From: an uncultured delta proteobacterium
Lineage (GTDB): Bacteria > Myxococcota_A > Polyangia > Fen-1088
Direction: 5' to 3'
Assembly: GCA_963737265.1 (NCBI GenBank)
Contig: CAVTRY010000023.1
Location: 1-64,000, forward strand
Length of the DNA stretch: 64,000 nucleotides
The notes below the pieces were generated by a model that was not told where the DNA came from, searched no databases, and saw nothing but the letters and a program-made list of their open reading frames with translations. Positions 47,532 through 57,697 of the stretch are shown one piece after another. How positions within the stretch are numbered: position 1 is the first letter of the stretch; each line of letters starts with the position of its first letter. The position numbers and the translations under genes are program-made.

Positions 47532-48765
47532 ATGACTGAATCGAACGAAACGCCAAAATCGAATACGAGGCCGCCACGGTCGAAGTTGCCTGTCGTCATC
47601 GCGGGCGGCGTGGCCGGGATTCTGCTTTTGGGCGGCCTCATGATGTGGAGGGCGGAAAGTCGGACCAACAAGGTCGCGCTCTCCTCTCGGCCCAAGCCGG
47701 TGACCGTGATTCGTGCCAAGGCGGCCAAGTACCGGCCCTCGCGAACCTACGTGGGAACGTTGCAACCGTGGGTCCAGGCCAGCGTGGGGCCTCAGATGAT
47801 CTCGGCCTTCGTCGATACGGTCCTGGTGCGGCCGGGGGCGATCGTCAAGCGCCACGACGTGCTGGCGACGCTCGACTGCCGGGATGCAAACGCTTCGACC
47901 AAAGCCATCGCCGCGAGCGCACGCGCTATCGACGAACATCAAAGAGCCATCGCCCACGAGGCCCAACGAACTGCCGGTCTGCTCCAAGGCGGCTTCGTGT
48001 CGCCCAACGAGGCAGAACAGAAGACGTCGCAAAGCGCCTCCGAGGAGGCGCAGCTTGAAGCCGAGCGTGCCAACCTCGCGCGCAGCTCACTTCAAGTCAA
48101 CGACTGCATTTTGCGTGCGCCGTTCAACGGCGAAGTGGCGCAACGACTCGTCGATCCAGGGGCGTTCGTTCGTCCGGGCGCCGCCATCGTGACTGTCGTC
48201 GATCGAAGTACCGTGCGCATGACGGCCGACGCCCCCGAGATCGACTTCGGCCTGATTTCCTCCGGCACCCAGGTGACGGTTCACGTCTACGCCACCAACC
48301 GCGATCTGCCAGCGACCATCTCGCGTCGTACCCCCGCGGCGGATCCCTCGACCCGCACTGGTGCACTTCGAGATCGACATTCCCGATCCCAGCCGCGCCA
48401 TCCCGGTGGGAACCACGGGCGAAGTGCACATCGACATCGGCACGCCAGAGCCGGCCAGCGAGATTCCGCTTTACGCAGCGACCATCCGCGGGAACAAGGC
48501 CAGCCTGTTCGTCGTCGACCAAGGCGTCGCCCGCCAGCAGACGGTCTCCGTCAAGGGCGAAGCCGGCGGCTCGCTTTTCCTCGATACCGGCCTTGCGGCC
48601 GGAGCAGCCGTCGTGACGGAGGGGCGAGCTATCCTCGAAGACGGAGATCGCGTCCAGGCATTGGAGATGGCGGATCCCGAGACCGCAACTGCGATACGCG
48701 CGACTCCTGAGAAACCTCTGCCCAATGACCTTGGCAAGGCATCTGCGGTCCAAGGGGCGCCATGA
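47532..48765 (+). CDS. RND efflux periplasmic adaptor (frameshift near 48360)
   Basis: V.PG..V, LRAPFNG.V, DPSTRT continuing as VHFEIDIPD in ORF 48361-48765. Confidence 0.85.
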
Positions 48766-51700
48766 CCGCACTGTCTCTTCGCAACCCCATTGCGGTGCTC
48801 ATGCTCTGCATCGCGCTCGTCGTGTTTGCCGGCGTCGTCACGCCTCGCATGAGCGTCGACACCTTTCCCGAGCTGACCCCGCCAGTCTTGGTCATCGGGA
48901 CGCTCGCCCCCGGGCTCGGGCCCAAGGACGTCGAGAAGACCATCACCTGGCGACTCGAGAAATATGTCAGCGCCACCCCTGGCGTCGACCATGTCGAGAG
49001 TGTTTCGCGCAACAGTCTCAGCATCATCTACGTTTGGCTCAAGTGGGGAACCGACCTTAACGGGGCACAGACGCTGGTTCAGCAGCAAGCCGCCTTCGCG
49101 ATGGCCGCGGTCCCCAAGTCGCTTGGCGTGCTGCCCCCGTTCGTGTTGCAATACGATCCGTCGAACGCGCCGGTGATTCAGGTCGTGGTTTCCGGCGCGG
49201 GCTATTCGGGGCCTCAGCTTTACGACTACGCCTTCAACAGCATCGAGCCGCTGCTGGAAGGCATCCCAGGTGTCGCCAGCGCGGCTCCCGACGGCGGGCG
49301 CATGCGCCAGATCAACGTTTTCGTGGATCCGACTCGAGCGCAAGCGCGCAATGTTACCGCGGAAGACGTGGCCAACGCTGTCGCCAAATCAGACGCACTC
49401 CTGCCTTCCGGAGAATTCATCTCACCTAAGTTCGATGCCAATGTTTACACGAATGCGATTCCGCTGAAGGTCGAGACTATCGGCGAAGCACCGGTCAAGG
49501 TGCAGGGGCTTAGCGCTGTCCTGATTCGCGATGTTGCCAAGGTCGAAGACGGCGGAACGCCCCCCACCCAGTCGGTCGCGGTCAACGGCCGCGATGCCGT
49601 GTATCTCAATGTACTGCGCATCCCGGGGGGCAACACCATCGAAATCGTCGATGCAGTCAAGAAGGTGGTGGCGGGCCTGCACGATTTGCCGCCGGGCATG
49701 GAGATCAAGGCCTTCTTCGACCAATCCACCTTTGTCCGAACCACCTATCACGGACTCAAGAAGGAGATTATCCAAGCGATCGTGCTCATCGGCATCGTGA
49801 TCCTGCTCTTCCTTCAGAGCATGCGCGGAACATTGATCGTCTCGGTTGCGATTCCACTGTCGTTCGCGATCGCCTTGCTCGTTCTGTATGCGACAGGCCA
49901 GACGCTGAATGCGTTCACGCTGGGCGGTCTGACCTTGGCGATGGGCCGGTTGGTCGATGATGCCGTGGTGGTGTTGGAATCCATTCACCGGCACCAGCGC
50001 ATGGGGCTCGACACGCGCGAGGCGGCCTTGCGCGGAACCAACGCGGTGGCTCTGCCGGTGCTGGCCTCGACGCTGACCACCATGGCAGTGCTCTTGCCCG
50101 TGCTCCTGCTCGCCGGGTTGGCCAAGAAGCTGTTCGCTCCGCTGGCTCTCACCGTCGCGGTCGCGATGATCGCCTCGTACTTCGTGAGCATGTCAGTCAC
50201 CCCTGTCGCCTGCCGGTATTTTCTGGGTCACCTCGAGCACGGCCGATTGGGAAGGCGCATCGAGCAGCTCATCGACGGCATCGCCGACGCATACGCGCGC
50301 GCTCTGCGCCGCGTGCTGCCCTTTCGTTGGACGATCATTGTGTCTTCGCTCGTATTGGTGGCAGGCAGTGTGTGGGCCGCGAGCCGTCTGCCGAGTACGT
50401 TCTTTCCCGAAATCGACGAGGGCATGGACATGATCTACGTGCGCTTCGCTCCTGGGATCGCTCTCGACCAAGCCTCCGCTCTGCTAAGTGAGATGGGGCG
50501 GACGCTTACCCACGAGTTGCCCGAGGAGAGCGTCGAGATGGTGATCGCGAACCTCGGCACCCCGCAGAACGCCCGCAGCGCGATCGTCAGCCCGAACGTA
50601 GGGCCTCACACGGGGTTCTTGCGGCTTGCGTTCTCCGACTCCGATCGGCGCAAGCTTTCCCAGTCCGAGTTGGCAGTGCGCGCGAGAGAGATTCTGACTC
50701 GAAAGTTCCCCGGCGTGGAAACCCTGCAATATCCCGGCGGACTGGTCGCCAGCGTGTTTGCAAACGGCTACATCGCACCTCTGGCCATCGAGATACGCGG
50801 TGAAAAGCTCGATGAGTTGGACGCCTACGCCAAAGCCGTGGCCGAGGTGGCGCGTACGATTCCTGGAGTGCGCGACGTGCGTTCGTCGCTCCAGATTGAT
50901 TATCCCGAAATACGTGTCGAAACGGATCGAGAGAAGGCGGGATTGGTCGGGGTCACCCTGCGGTCGGCGGCGCAGACCACCCTCGAAGCCACCCTCGGCA
51001 ACATCAACACGCCGAGTGTCTGGATCGATGCCAACAACGGCCAGTCCTATTACGTCGTCACAGCCTACGACGGCCGACGGGTCGGCGACACGCAGGCCCT
51101 CTCGCAGCTTCCCGTCCGGGTCAGCGAGGCTGGACTATCGGTCCCTCTTGGTGCCTACGGACGGATACGACGCTCTCTTGGCCCGATTGCGGTGGAGAGG
51201 AATCAGCTTCAACGCGCGGCGCACGTCCTCATGCAGGCTGAAGGGCGTGACATCGGCAGCGTGGCTTCCGACCTCGAATGGGCGCTGCACGAGGATCCAC
51301 GCACCCGCCACATCAAATTCGAATTCGTCGGCCAGGTTCAGCTTATGCGTACGACGTTCTCCGGCCTCGGGCTAGCCCTTGGACTCGCCGTGATGGTTGT
51401 GTTCATGATTATGGCCTCGCAGTTCAAGTCCCTGCGTCTGCCGTTCGTCATGCTATTCACCATCCCGGTTTCGCTCGTCGGGATTGTTCTCGCGCTGATG
51501 GCGGCCGGCCAGGGTTTTTCGATCACGGCCCTCATGGGCATTCTGATGGTGATCGGGATCGCGGTCTCGAACGGTATCCTACTTGTCGACGACGCTAACC
51601 GGCGCCTCGGTGAGGGCGTGGACAAGGTGGAAGCGATCGTGGCCGCCGCGCGCTCGCGCTTCGTTCCCATCGCGATGACCAGCTTGGCCACCGTCATCGG

Positions 51701-51911
51701 GCTGCTCCCCACCGCCCTCGCGCTCGAACACGGCTCTGAGGCGAACCAACCTCTGGCCCTCTCGGTGGTAGGCGGTCTGTCGTCTTCGACGATCCTGTCG
51801 CTGTTTCTGGTTCCGATTATGTTCCTGATTTTCGCCCGCCGACCGACGCCGGGCGAGGCACCAGAGGAGGAAGGCGGCGGCCTGCGCTCGCCGGCACAGG
51901 CGCATCCATGA
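48762..51911 (+). CDS. RND efflux permease 1
   Basis: 1049 aa; D.FPE, GRLVDDAVVVLE, STLTT, GIAVSNGILLVD, R.VPIAMTS. Confidence 0.95.
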   Translation: MTALSLRNPIAVLMLCIALVVFAGVVTPRMSVDTFPELTPPVLVIGTLAPGLGPKDVEKTITWRLEKYVSATPGVDHVESVSRNSLSIIYVWLKWGTDLNGAQTLVQQQAAFAMAAVPKSLGVLPPFVLQYDPSNAPVIQVVVSGAGYSGPQLYDYAFNSIEPLLEGIPGVASAAPDGGRMRQINVFVDPTRAQARNVTAEDVANAVAKSDALLPSGEFISPKFDANVYTNAIPLKVETIGEAPVKVQGLSAVLIRDVAKVEDGGTPPTQSVAVNGRDAVYLNVLRIPGGNTIEIVDAVKKVVAGLHDLPPGMEIKAFFDQSTFVRTTYHGLKKEIIQAIVLIGIVILLFLQSMRGTLIVSVAIPLSFAIALLVLYATGQTLNAFTLGGLTLAMGRLVDDAVVVLESIHRHQRMGLDTREAALRGTNAVALPVLASTLTTMAVLLPVLLLAGLAKKLFAPLALTVAVAMIASYFVSMSVTPVACRYFLGHLEHGRLGRRIEQLIDGIADAYARALRRVLPFRWTIIVSSLVLVAGSVWAASRLPSTFFPEIDEGMDMIYVRFAPGIALDQASALLSEMGRTLTHELPEESVEMVIANLGTPQNARSAIVSPNVGPHTGFLRLAFSDSDRRKLSQSELAVRAREILTRKFPGVETLQYPGGLVASVFANGYIAPLAIEIRGEKLDELDAYAKAVAEVARTIPGVRDVRSSLQIDYPEIRVETDREKAGLVGVTLRSAAQTTLEATLGNINTPSVWIDANNGQSYYVVTAYDGRRVGDTQALSQLPVRVSEAGLSVPLGAYGRIRRSLGPIAVERNQLQRAAHVLMQAEGRDIGSVASDLEWALHEDPRTRHIKFEFVGQVQLMRTTFSGLGLALGLAVMVVFMIMASQFKSLRLPFVMLFTIPVSLVGIVLALMAAGQGFSITALMGILMVIGIAVSNGILLVDDANRRLGEGVDKVEAIVAAARSRFVPIAMTSLATVIGLLPTALALEHGSEANQPLALSVVGGLSSSTILSLFLVPIMFLIFARRPTPGEAPEEEGGGLRSPAQAHP

Positions 51912-54900
51912 CCGGACTTTCCCTGCGCAACCCTATCGCCGTCCTCATGGCGGCGGTCGCCCTTGTTGTGTTCGCAATTGTCGTCACACCCCGCATGAGC
52001 ATCGACACCTTTCCCGAGCTGACGCCCCCAGTATTGGTAGTTGGGACGATGGCTCCAGGCCTTGGCCCCAAGGATGTGGAGAAGACACTAACCTGGCGAA
52101 TCGAGAAATACGTGAGTGCGACCCCGGGGGTGGAGCATGTGGAGAGCGTATCCCGAAACAATCTTAGTATCGTTTACGTGTGGCTCAAGTGGGGCATCGA
52201 TCTCAATGCGGCCCAGACCCTGGTCCAACAGCAAGTGGCGTTCGCGATGTCGGCCGTGCCGAAGTCGCTCGGTGTGCTGCCGCCCTTCGTGCTCCAGTAC
52301 GATCCCTCGAACGCACCCGTGGTTCAGGTCGCCGTGGCCGGTGGAGGGCTGACTGGACCGCAGCTTTACGACTATGCGCTGAATAGCATCGAGCCTATTT
52401 TGGAGGGCATTCCCGGCGTGGCCAGCGCTTCGATCAATGGCGGGAGGCAGCGGCAGATCAACGTGGTGGTGGATCCGGTCAAGGCACAGGCACGCGGGAT
52501 CACATCCACAGACGTGGCCGCGGCGGTGCACGACTCGAATGCCCTTCTGCCGTCGGGAGAGTTCATAGCCCACACGTTCGACGCAAACGTCTACACCAAT
52601 GCAGTACCCGCCAATGTGCGCGATATCGGCAACGCCGTCATCAAGGATCGCCACGGTGTCCCGGTCATGATTCGGGATGTGGCGCGGGTTGAAGACGGTG
52701 GCGCGCCGGAGACGCAAGCGGTGGCGGTAGGAGGACAGAATGCCGTCTACCTCAATGTTCTGCGCGTGCCCGGGGGCAATACCATCGAGATCGTCGATGC
52801 AGTCAAACAGAAGGTTCGCGACCTCGCCGACCTTCCGCCCGGCCTACGCGTGGTTCCGGTATTCGATCAGTCGACCTTTGTGCGTACATCCTACGAGGGC
52901 CTCAAGAAGGAGGTCGTCCAGGCGCTCATCCTGATTTCTATCGTGATCCTCATCTTCTTACAGAGCTTACGCGGAACCATGATCGTGTCGCTGGCAATCC
53001 CGCTTTCCTTCGCCATCACGCTCATCGTCCTCTACGCGACCGGCCAGACGCTGAACGCGTTCACGCTAGGTGGGCTGACCTTGGCCATGGGCCGGCTGGT
53101 CGATGATGCCGTGGTAGTCCTGGAATCGATCCACCGTCACCAGCGCATGGGACTTGGCACCTATCAGGCGGCCCTGCGCGGAACCAATGCCGTCGCTTTG
53201 CCGGTCTTGGCCTCGACACTGACGACCATGGCCGTGCTGCTTCCGGTGCTACTTTTGGCGGGACTTGCACAAAAGCTGTTTGCGCCGCTCGCACTTACGG
53301 TCGCGGTGGCAATGATTGCCTCCTACTTCGTTAGCATCTGCGTGACGCCCGTGGCCTGCCGCTACTTCCTCGGGCATGGCAAGCACGGGCGTTTCGGGAC
53401 GGTGTTCGAGTCATTCATCGACCAAATCGCCGACCGCTATGCAGCGACCCTGCGCCGGGTGTTGCCGTTTCGGCGTACCATCGTGGTGGCGTCGGCAACG
53501 CTGATTGCCGCCAGTGGTTGGGCGGCGACGCGGTTGCCCAGCACCTTCTTCCCCGAGATCGACGAATCAATGGAGCGTGTGTACGTCCGCGTGGCACCGG
53601 GCATGTCGCTCAGGGACGCATCGACGCTGATCGACCGGATGGGCGCCGATTTGCAGCAGAAGCTCGGGAAAGACCTGGTGGAACTGGTCCTCACCAACGT
53701 GGGTTCGCCCAACAATGCTCGCAGCGCCATGACCAGCCCGAACGCAGGCCCACACATGGGCTTCATCCGTCTGGCGCTGGTCGCCCCCGAGCACCGGAAG
53801 GAGAGCCAACGCGAGATCGCGGATCGGATTCGAAAGATCTTGGTGGATGAATATCCAGGCGTCGAGTTCCTCCAGTGGCCAGGTGGCCTGGTCGCCAGCG
53901 TGTTCGCCAACGGTTACATCGCACCCGTCGTGGTGGAGATCCGCGGCGACGACCTCGACGAACTGGACGCCGAGGCCAAGTCCGTGGCCCAGGTCGCCGC
54001 GACCGTGCCTGGCGTTCGCGACATCTATCCATCGCTGCAAATGGACTATCCGGAAATCCGGGTCGAAACCGATCGCATGAAGGGCGGCTACGTTGGCATT
54101 ACCGCACGGGATGCGGCGCAAACCACCCTGGAGGCAACCCTCGGCAACATCAACACGCCGAGCGTCTGGATCGATCCGAACAACGGTCAATCCTATTACG
54201 TGGTTTCTTATTACGACGGCGCCGCCGTCCCGGACATCAATGCGCTCGCGCAACTTCCAGTGCTCTTCGGGCCGGAGGGCGGCCCTGTACGCCTGGGCGC
54301 CTACGGCACGATCCGACGTTCGGTCGGGCCAATCGCCGTCGAGCGCAACCAACTCCAGCGCGCCGCTCACGTCTTCATGCAAACCCAGGGGCGCGACATC
54401 GGAACCGTCGCACACGACCTCGAGCGTGCCTTGCGAGAGGATCCACGAACACGGGATCTCAAGTTCGGGTTCGTGGGACAAGTCGAGCTTATGCGGACCA
54501 CATTTTCAGGACTTGGACTGGCGCTCGGATTGGCCATCATGATGGTTTTCATGATCATGGCCTCGCAATTCAAGTCGCTCCGGCTCCCTTTCGTCATGCT
54601 CTTCACCATCCCGGTTTCGCTGGTGGGAATCGTCCTGGCGTTGATGTCCGCCGGTCAGGGATTTTCCATCACCGCTCTCATGGGGATTCTGATGGTCATC
54701 GGGATCGCGGTGTCGAACGGCATTCTGCTGGTCGACGATGCCAACCGGCGCTTTAGCGAGGGCGTCGCCAAGGTCGAAGCAATTGTGGCGGCCGCCCGCT
54801 CGCGTTTCATCCCCATCGCGATGACCAGCTTGGCCACAGTCATTGGCCTCATCCCAACTGCGATCAGACTCGAACAAGGTTCCGAGGCCAACCAGCCTCT

Positions 54901-55009
54901 TGCGTTGGCCGTGGTTGGAGGGCTGACCTCCTCGACCATCCTCTCGCTCTTCCTTGTCCCCGTTATGTTCCTGTTGATCGCCAGACCGGCGACGGCGACA
55001 GAGTCGTAG
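51908..55009 (+). CDS. RND efflux permease 2 (close paralogue of permease 1)
   Basis: 1033 aa, collinear with long identical blocks; ATGA overlap. Confidence 0.95.
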   Translation: MTGLSLRNPIAVLMAAVALVVFAIVVTPRMSIDTFPELTPPVLVVGTMAPGLGPKDVEKTLTWRIEKYVSATPGVEHVESVSRNNLSIVYVWLKWGIDLNAAQTLVQQQVAFAMSAVPKSLGVLPPFVLQYDPSNAPVVQVAVAGGGLTGPQLYDYALNSIEPILEGIPGVASASINGGRQRQINVVVDPVKAQARGITSTDVAAAVHDSNALLPSGEFIAHTFDANVYTNAVPANVRDIGNAVIKDRHGVPVMIRDVARVEDGGAPETQAVAVGGQNAVYLNVLRVPGGNTIEIVDAVKQKVRDLADLPPGLRVVPVFDQSTFVRTSYEGLKKEVVQALILISIVILIFLQSLRGTMIVSLAIPLSFAITLIVLYATGQTLNAFTLGGLTLAMGRLVDDAVVVLESIHRHQRMGLGTYQAALRGTNAVALPVLASTLTTMAVLLPVLLLAGLAQKLFAPLALTVAVAMIASYFVSICVTPVACRYFLGHGKHGRFGTVFESFIDQIADRYAATLRRVLPFRRTIVVASATLIAASGWAATRLPSTFFPEIDESMERVYVRVAPGMSLRDASTLIDRMGADLQQKLGKDLVELVLTNVGSPNNARSAMTSPNAGPHMGFIRLALVAPEHRKESQREIADRIRKILVDEYPGVEFLQWPGGLVASVFANGYIAPVVVEIRGDDLDELDAEAKSVAQVAATVPGVRDIYPSLQMDYPEIRVETDRMKGGYVGITARDAAQTTLEATLGNINTPSVWIDPNNGQSYYVVSYYDGAAVPDINALAQLPVLFGPEGGPVRLGAYGTIRRSVGPIAVERNQLQRAAHVFMQTQGRDIGTVAHDLERALREDPRTRDLKFGFVGQVELMRTTFSGLGLALGLAIMMVFMIMASQFKSLRLPFVMLFTIPVSLVGIVLALMSAGQGFSITALMGILMVIGIAVSNGILLVDDANRRFSEGVAKVEAIVAAARSRFIPIAMTSLATVIGLIPTAIRLEQGSEANQPLALAVVGGLTSSTILSLFLVPVMFLLIARPATATES

Positions 55010-55273
55010 GCCACAATAGCAGCCGGCGCATCAAGCTGCTGTGTGTGCAGACCTTTCGCACAAACCAGTGCAAAACCATTCCTCCCGCTCGTCGTGATCT
55101 TGCGTGTCGCGCTTCTCGAACCCGGCCGACACCACCGATGGAACCGAGCTTGTCCAAGCAGCGGATGCGACAAGCGACACGAAGGAAGCCGCGAGTTCAA
55201 TATCCACTTTGCATGTCGTGGACCGCGTCCTGTGCCGAAACTGGATTCGCCTTCCCAGTCTGAAGGCACCCGA

Positions 55274-56347
55274 TCAAAACAGACGCGTGAGCATCGGCCC
55301 CAAGGTGTTCACCAGAACGGACAAGCCGGAAAGGCCCAAGAGCAAGTAGGTAACTCGCTTGAAATTCAGATCGGAGCTCCGCCGATAGATGGCCAAGCCG
55401 CTGAGGGTTCCCGGTACCACCGCTGGCAGGGTCAATAGCAAGAGCAACCAAAACCGGCCGCTCAGATAGTCTGGATGCAACCATGCAATCAGGCCGAGCG
55501 AGTATATCTGCGACAGGAGGATGTACGGCTGCACAATAGCGCGATGCTGTGCCTTCGGCAAACCACGCAACCCCGTCCATACGACGACCGCGGCCCCTGG
55601 GAAGGCTGTGAAGCCACCCACCACACCCCCGAGGAAGCCGACCCCAGCACCCCAGGTCGGACTGTCGCAGCCACGCACCTTGAAGGTCGAAGGCTTGAAG
55701 ATCGAATAGGCCGCGTACGCGGTCAGCAGGGTTCCGAACACCACCATCAGACTTGCCGCCGGCACGTGGGACAGAAGCCAGATTCCGATCGGGACGCCAA
55801 CCGCACCACCCAGCATGCAGGGCCCTGGCCCGGCCCAAAGATCCTTCCTGGACTTGGGCATGTCGTCGCGCAATTGTCCCACCGAGAGGAACTGATTCCC
55901 GCTCGACAAGGCTTGAAACAGGGGAACCTTCAAGATAGGCGGAAGGATCAAGAGGCTCGCGGCTCCAATGCCGGAGAAACCGAACCCCGACAGCCCGCTC
56001 ATCACACCAGAAAAGAACACGATTGCCTCAAGGCTGCCCAGCTCGCGCAGGCTCATTCCGGCCACAGTGTTGGGCTTCGTCGGCAGCAAGTAAATGATGG
56101 TTCCCGCGACCAAGAGCGCCACGCAGGCGGACACCAACAGCCAGGTCTTGGAGGAGCGCACCTTCTCGGCCGCCTGGCTCGCCACTTGGATGGCAATCTG
56201 GCTGGTCGATCGCCTGGGCGGGCGTGTGGACAGCACCACCTTGTCGTCGGCGACAACGGTGCGGCCTGTCTTTGGACGGGGCCTACTGCGGCCAGGGGCG
56301 AGGGCATTTTCGTCTATTACGATCCCGATCGGTGTTGCTATTCCCAT
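55274..56347 (-). CDS. TauE/SafE (TSUP) family transporter
   Basis: G.MSGLSGFGF and G.VGGFTAFPG motifs; multiple TM helices. Confidence 0.85.
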   Translation of the reverse strand: MGIATPIGIVIDENALAPGRSRPRPKTGRTVVADDKVVLSTRPPRRSTSQIAIQVASQAAEKVRSSKTWLLVSACVALLVAGTIIYLLPTKPNTVAGMSLRELGSLEAIVFFSGVMSGLSGFGFSGIGAASLLILPPILKVPLFQALSSGNQFLSVGQLRDDMPKSRKDLWAGPGPCMLGGAVGVPIGIWLLSHVPAASLMVVFGTLLTAYAAYSIFKPSTFKVRGCDSPTWGAGVGFLGGVVGGFTAFPGAAVVVWTGLRGLPKAQHRAIVQPYILLSQIYSLGLIAWLHPDYLSGRFWLLLLLTLPAVVPGTLSGLAIYRRSSDLNFKRVTYLLLGLSGLSVLVNTLGPMLTRLF

Positions 56348-56817
56348 TTCTTCACCCGTAGCCGGCTATGTTTCCACCAGGCGGGTTTCCGCGGCTTCCT
56401 GCAGGGCCGCCCGACGGGCAGCATTGCTCAACTGAACCGTATCGCTCGGGACCGGCTGCGGTGGTGGCTGCGGTGGGGTCTCAGGTGCTTTCGCGCGCGC
56501 GTCCGCGGCCTGAGCCACTGCTTGGGTTTGCGTGACGCTGCCTACCGGGTCGTTCATGTCGATGGACTCCTTCATAACCTTCTTCGGCACGGAGACCGCA
56601 CTTGATAAGGAAGATCGACACTCTTCGGGAAAATCGTTCACCACCTCCACGAAGCGCCGCCGGGCATGCGCGAGAGGTCATGAACCAGCTCGATGGCTCG
56701 GTCGCTGCCGCTTGTTGCCTTCGCGGATGATCCGGTTGCGCGATCGAATTCTCGTTTTCTCGACGGAGAATTGCGCGAAGTCGGTTCCGCCGGGTCACTC
56801 GTGATCCGGTCGTGTCC

Positions 56818-56988
56818 GTGAGTCAGCAGCTCGCCATCGAAGTCTTGCTGGCCGGTGGCACAGATGCCGAGGCTGCGAAGGCCGCATCCGTCGCACGCGA
56901 AACGGTCTGCCGCTGGCGGCACTCCGACGCGGTGCCCACCCGCTACCCCAGAATGGATCTGGAAGAAGGCCAATCGTGGAAGAGTTGA
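56818..56988 (+). pseudogene. Short homeodomain-like HTH remnant
   Basis: QQLAIEVLLAGGTDAEAAKAASVARETVCRWRH; under 60 aa so absent from the ORF track. Confidence 0.55.
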
Positions 56989-57350
56989 AGATCCTGATTC
57001 AGATCCCCATGCGGGTGGTGGTCTACCCATCCGCCGAGAACCCGAAGATCTGGATCGCCCACGCCCTGGACTTCGACATCATGGGCCACGGAAGCAGCCA
57101 GAAAGCGGCCCTGGCCATGTTGAACGAGGCAATGGCCGAGGCCGTGCTGTTTCGCCTGACCCACAACATGCCGCCGGTGGAAATCGCGCCAGCCCCGCCC
57201 GAGGTCTGGAAGCTCGCCCACAAGGCCGGCCTTACCAAGCGTTCGATCCAGCCTCTCAAGGACGCCAAGGTCACGGTCGGCCATTCTGGACGGCCGAAGC
57301 AGGAAATCGTCGTTAGCGCCACGCCGCCCGCCTTCGCCCATGCCTGCTAG
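56976..57350 (+). CDS. HicB-like antitoxin
   Basis: WIAHALDFDIMGHG.S...AL.ML.EA fold signature; overlaps the HicA-like gene. Confidence 0.7.
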   Translation: MEELKILIQIPMRVVVYPSAENPKIWIAHALDFDIMGHGSSQKAALAMLNEAMAEAVLFRLTHNMPPVEIAPAPPEVWKLAHKAGLTKRSIQPLKDAKVTVGHSGRPKQEIVVSATPPAFAHAC

Positions 57351-57569
57351 GCTCCGCGCCCTCTGCGAGGTCTTGCGGGAGTACGGCATCCAAGGCGCGA
57401 CCCGAACCAAGGGCAGCCACCACATCTTCCACCACCCGTCAGGCAGGGCCGGCCTTACCCCATCCCCGCCCACAACGGCATGAAGACCGAGATCCCCGAC
57501 GTCTACATCCGCGGAATCTGCCGCGCCTTCGGCATCGACTACGAAGAGTTTAAGCGCCGGCTGGGGTAG
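57340..57569 (+). CDS. HicA-like toxin (frameshift near 57455)
   Basis: L.EYG.....KGSH..F.HP, then YPIPAHNG..EI...YIR.ICR.FGI in the shifted frame. Confidence 0.75.
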
Positions 57570-57697
57570 CCGCCGCGGCGCTTGCCCTCTTTACCGGATG
57601 TTCTCGCTGCCGCTCTGCGCTTTCCAGGTTCCTGCCTAGCTGGTACGCTCGCGCCGTCGCCACCACCGGCGCGAGGTGGCACGGCCGAAAGGACGTC

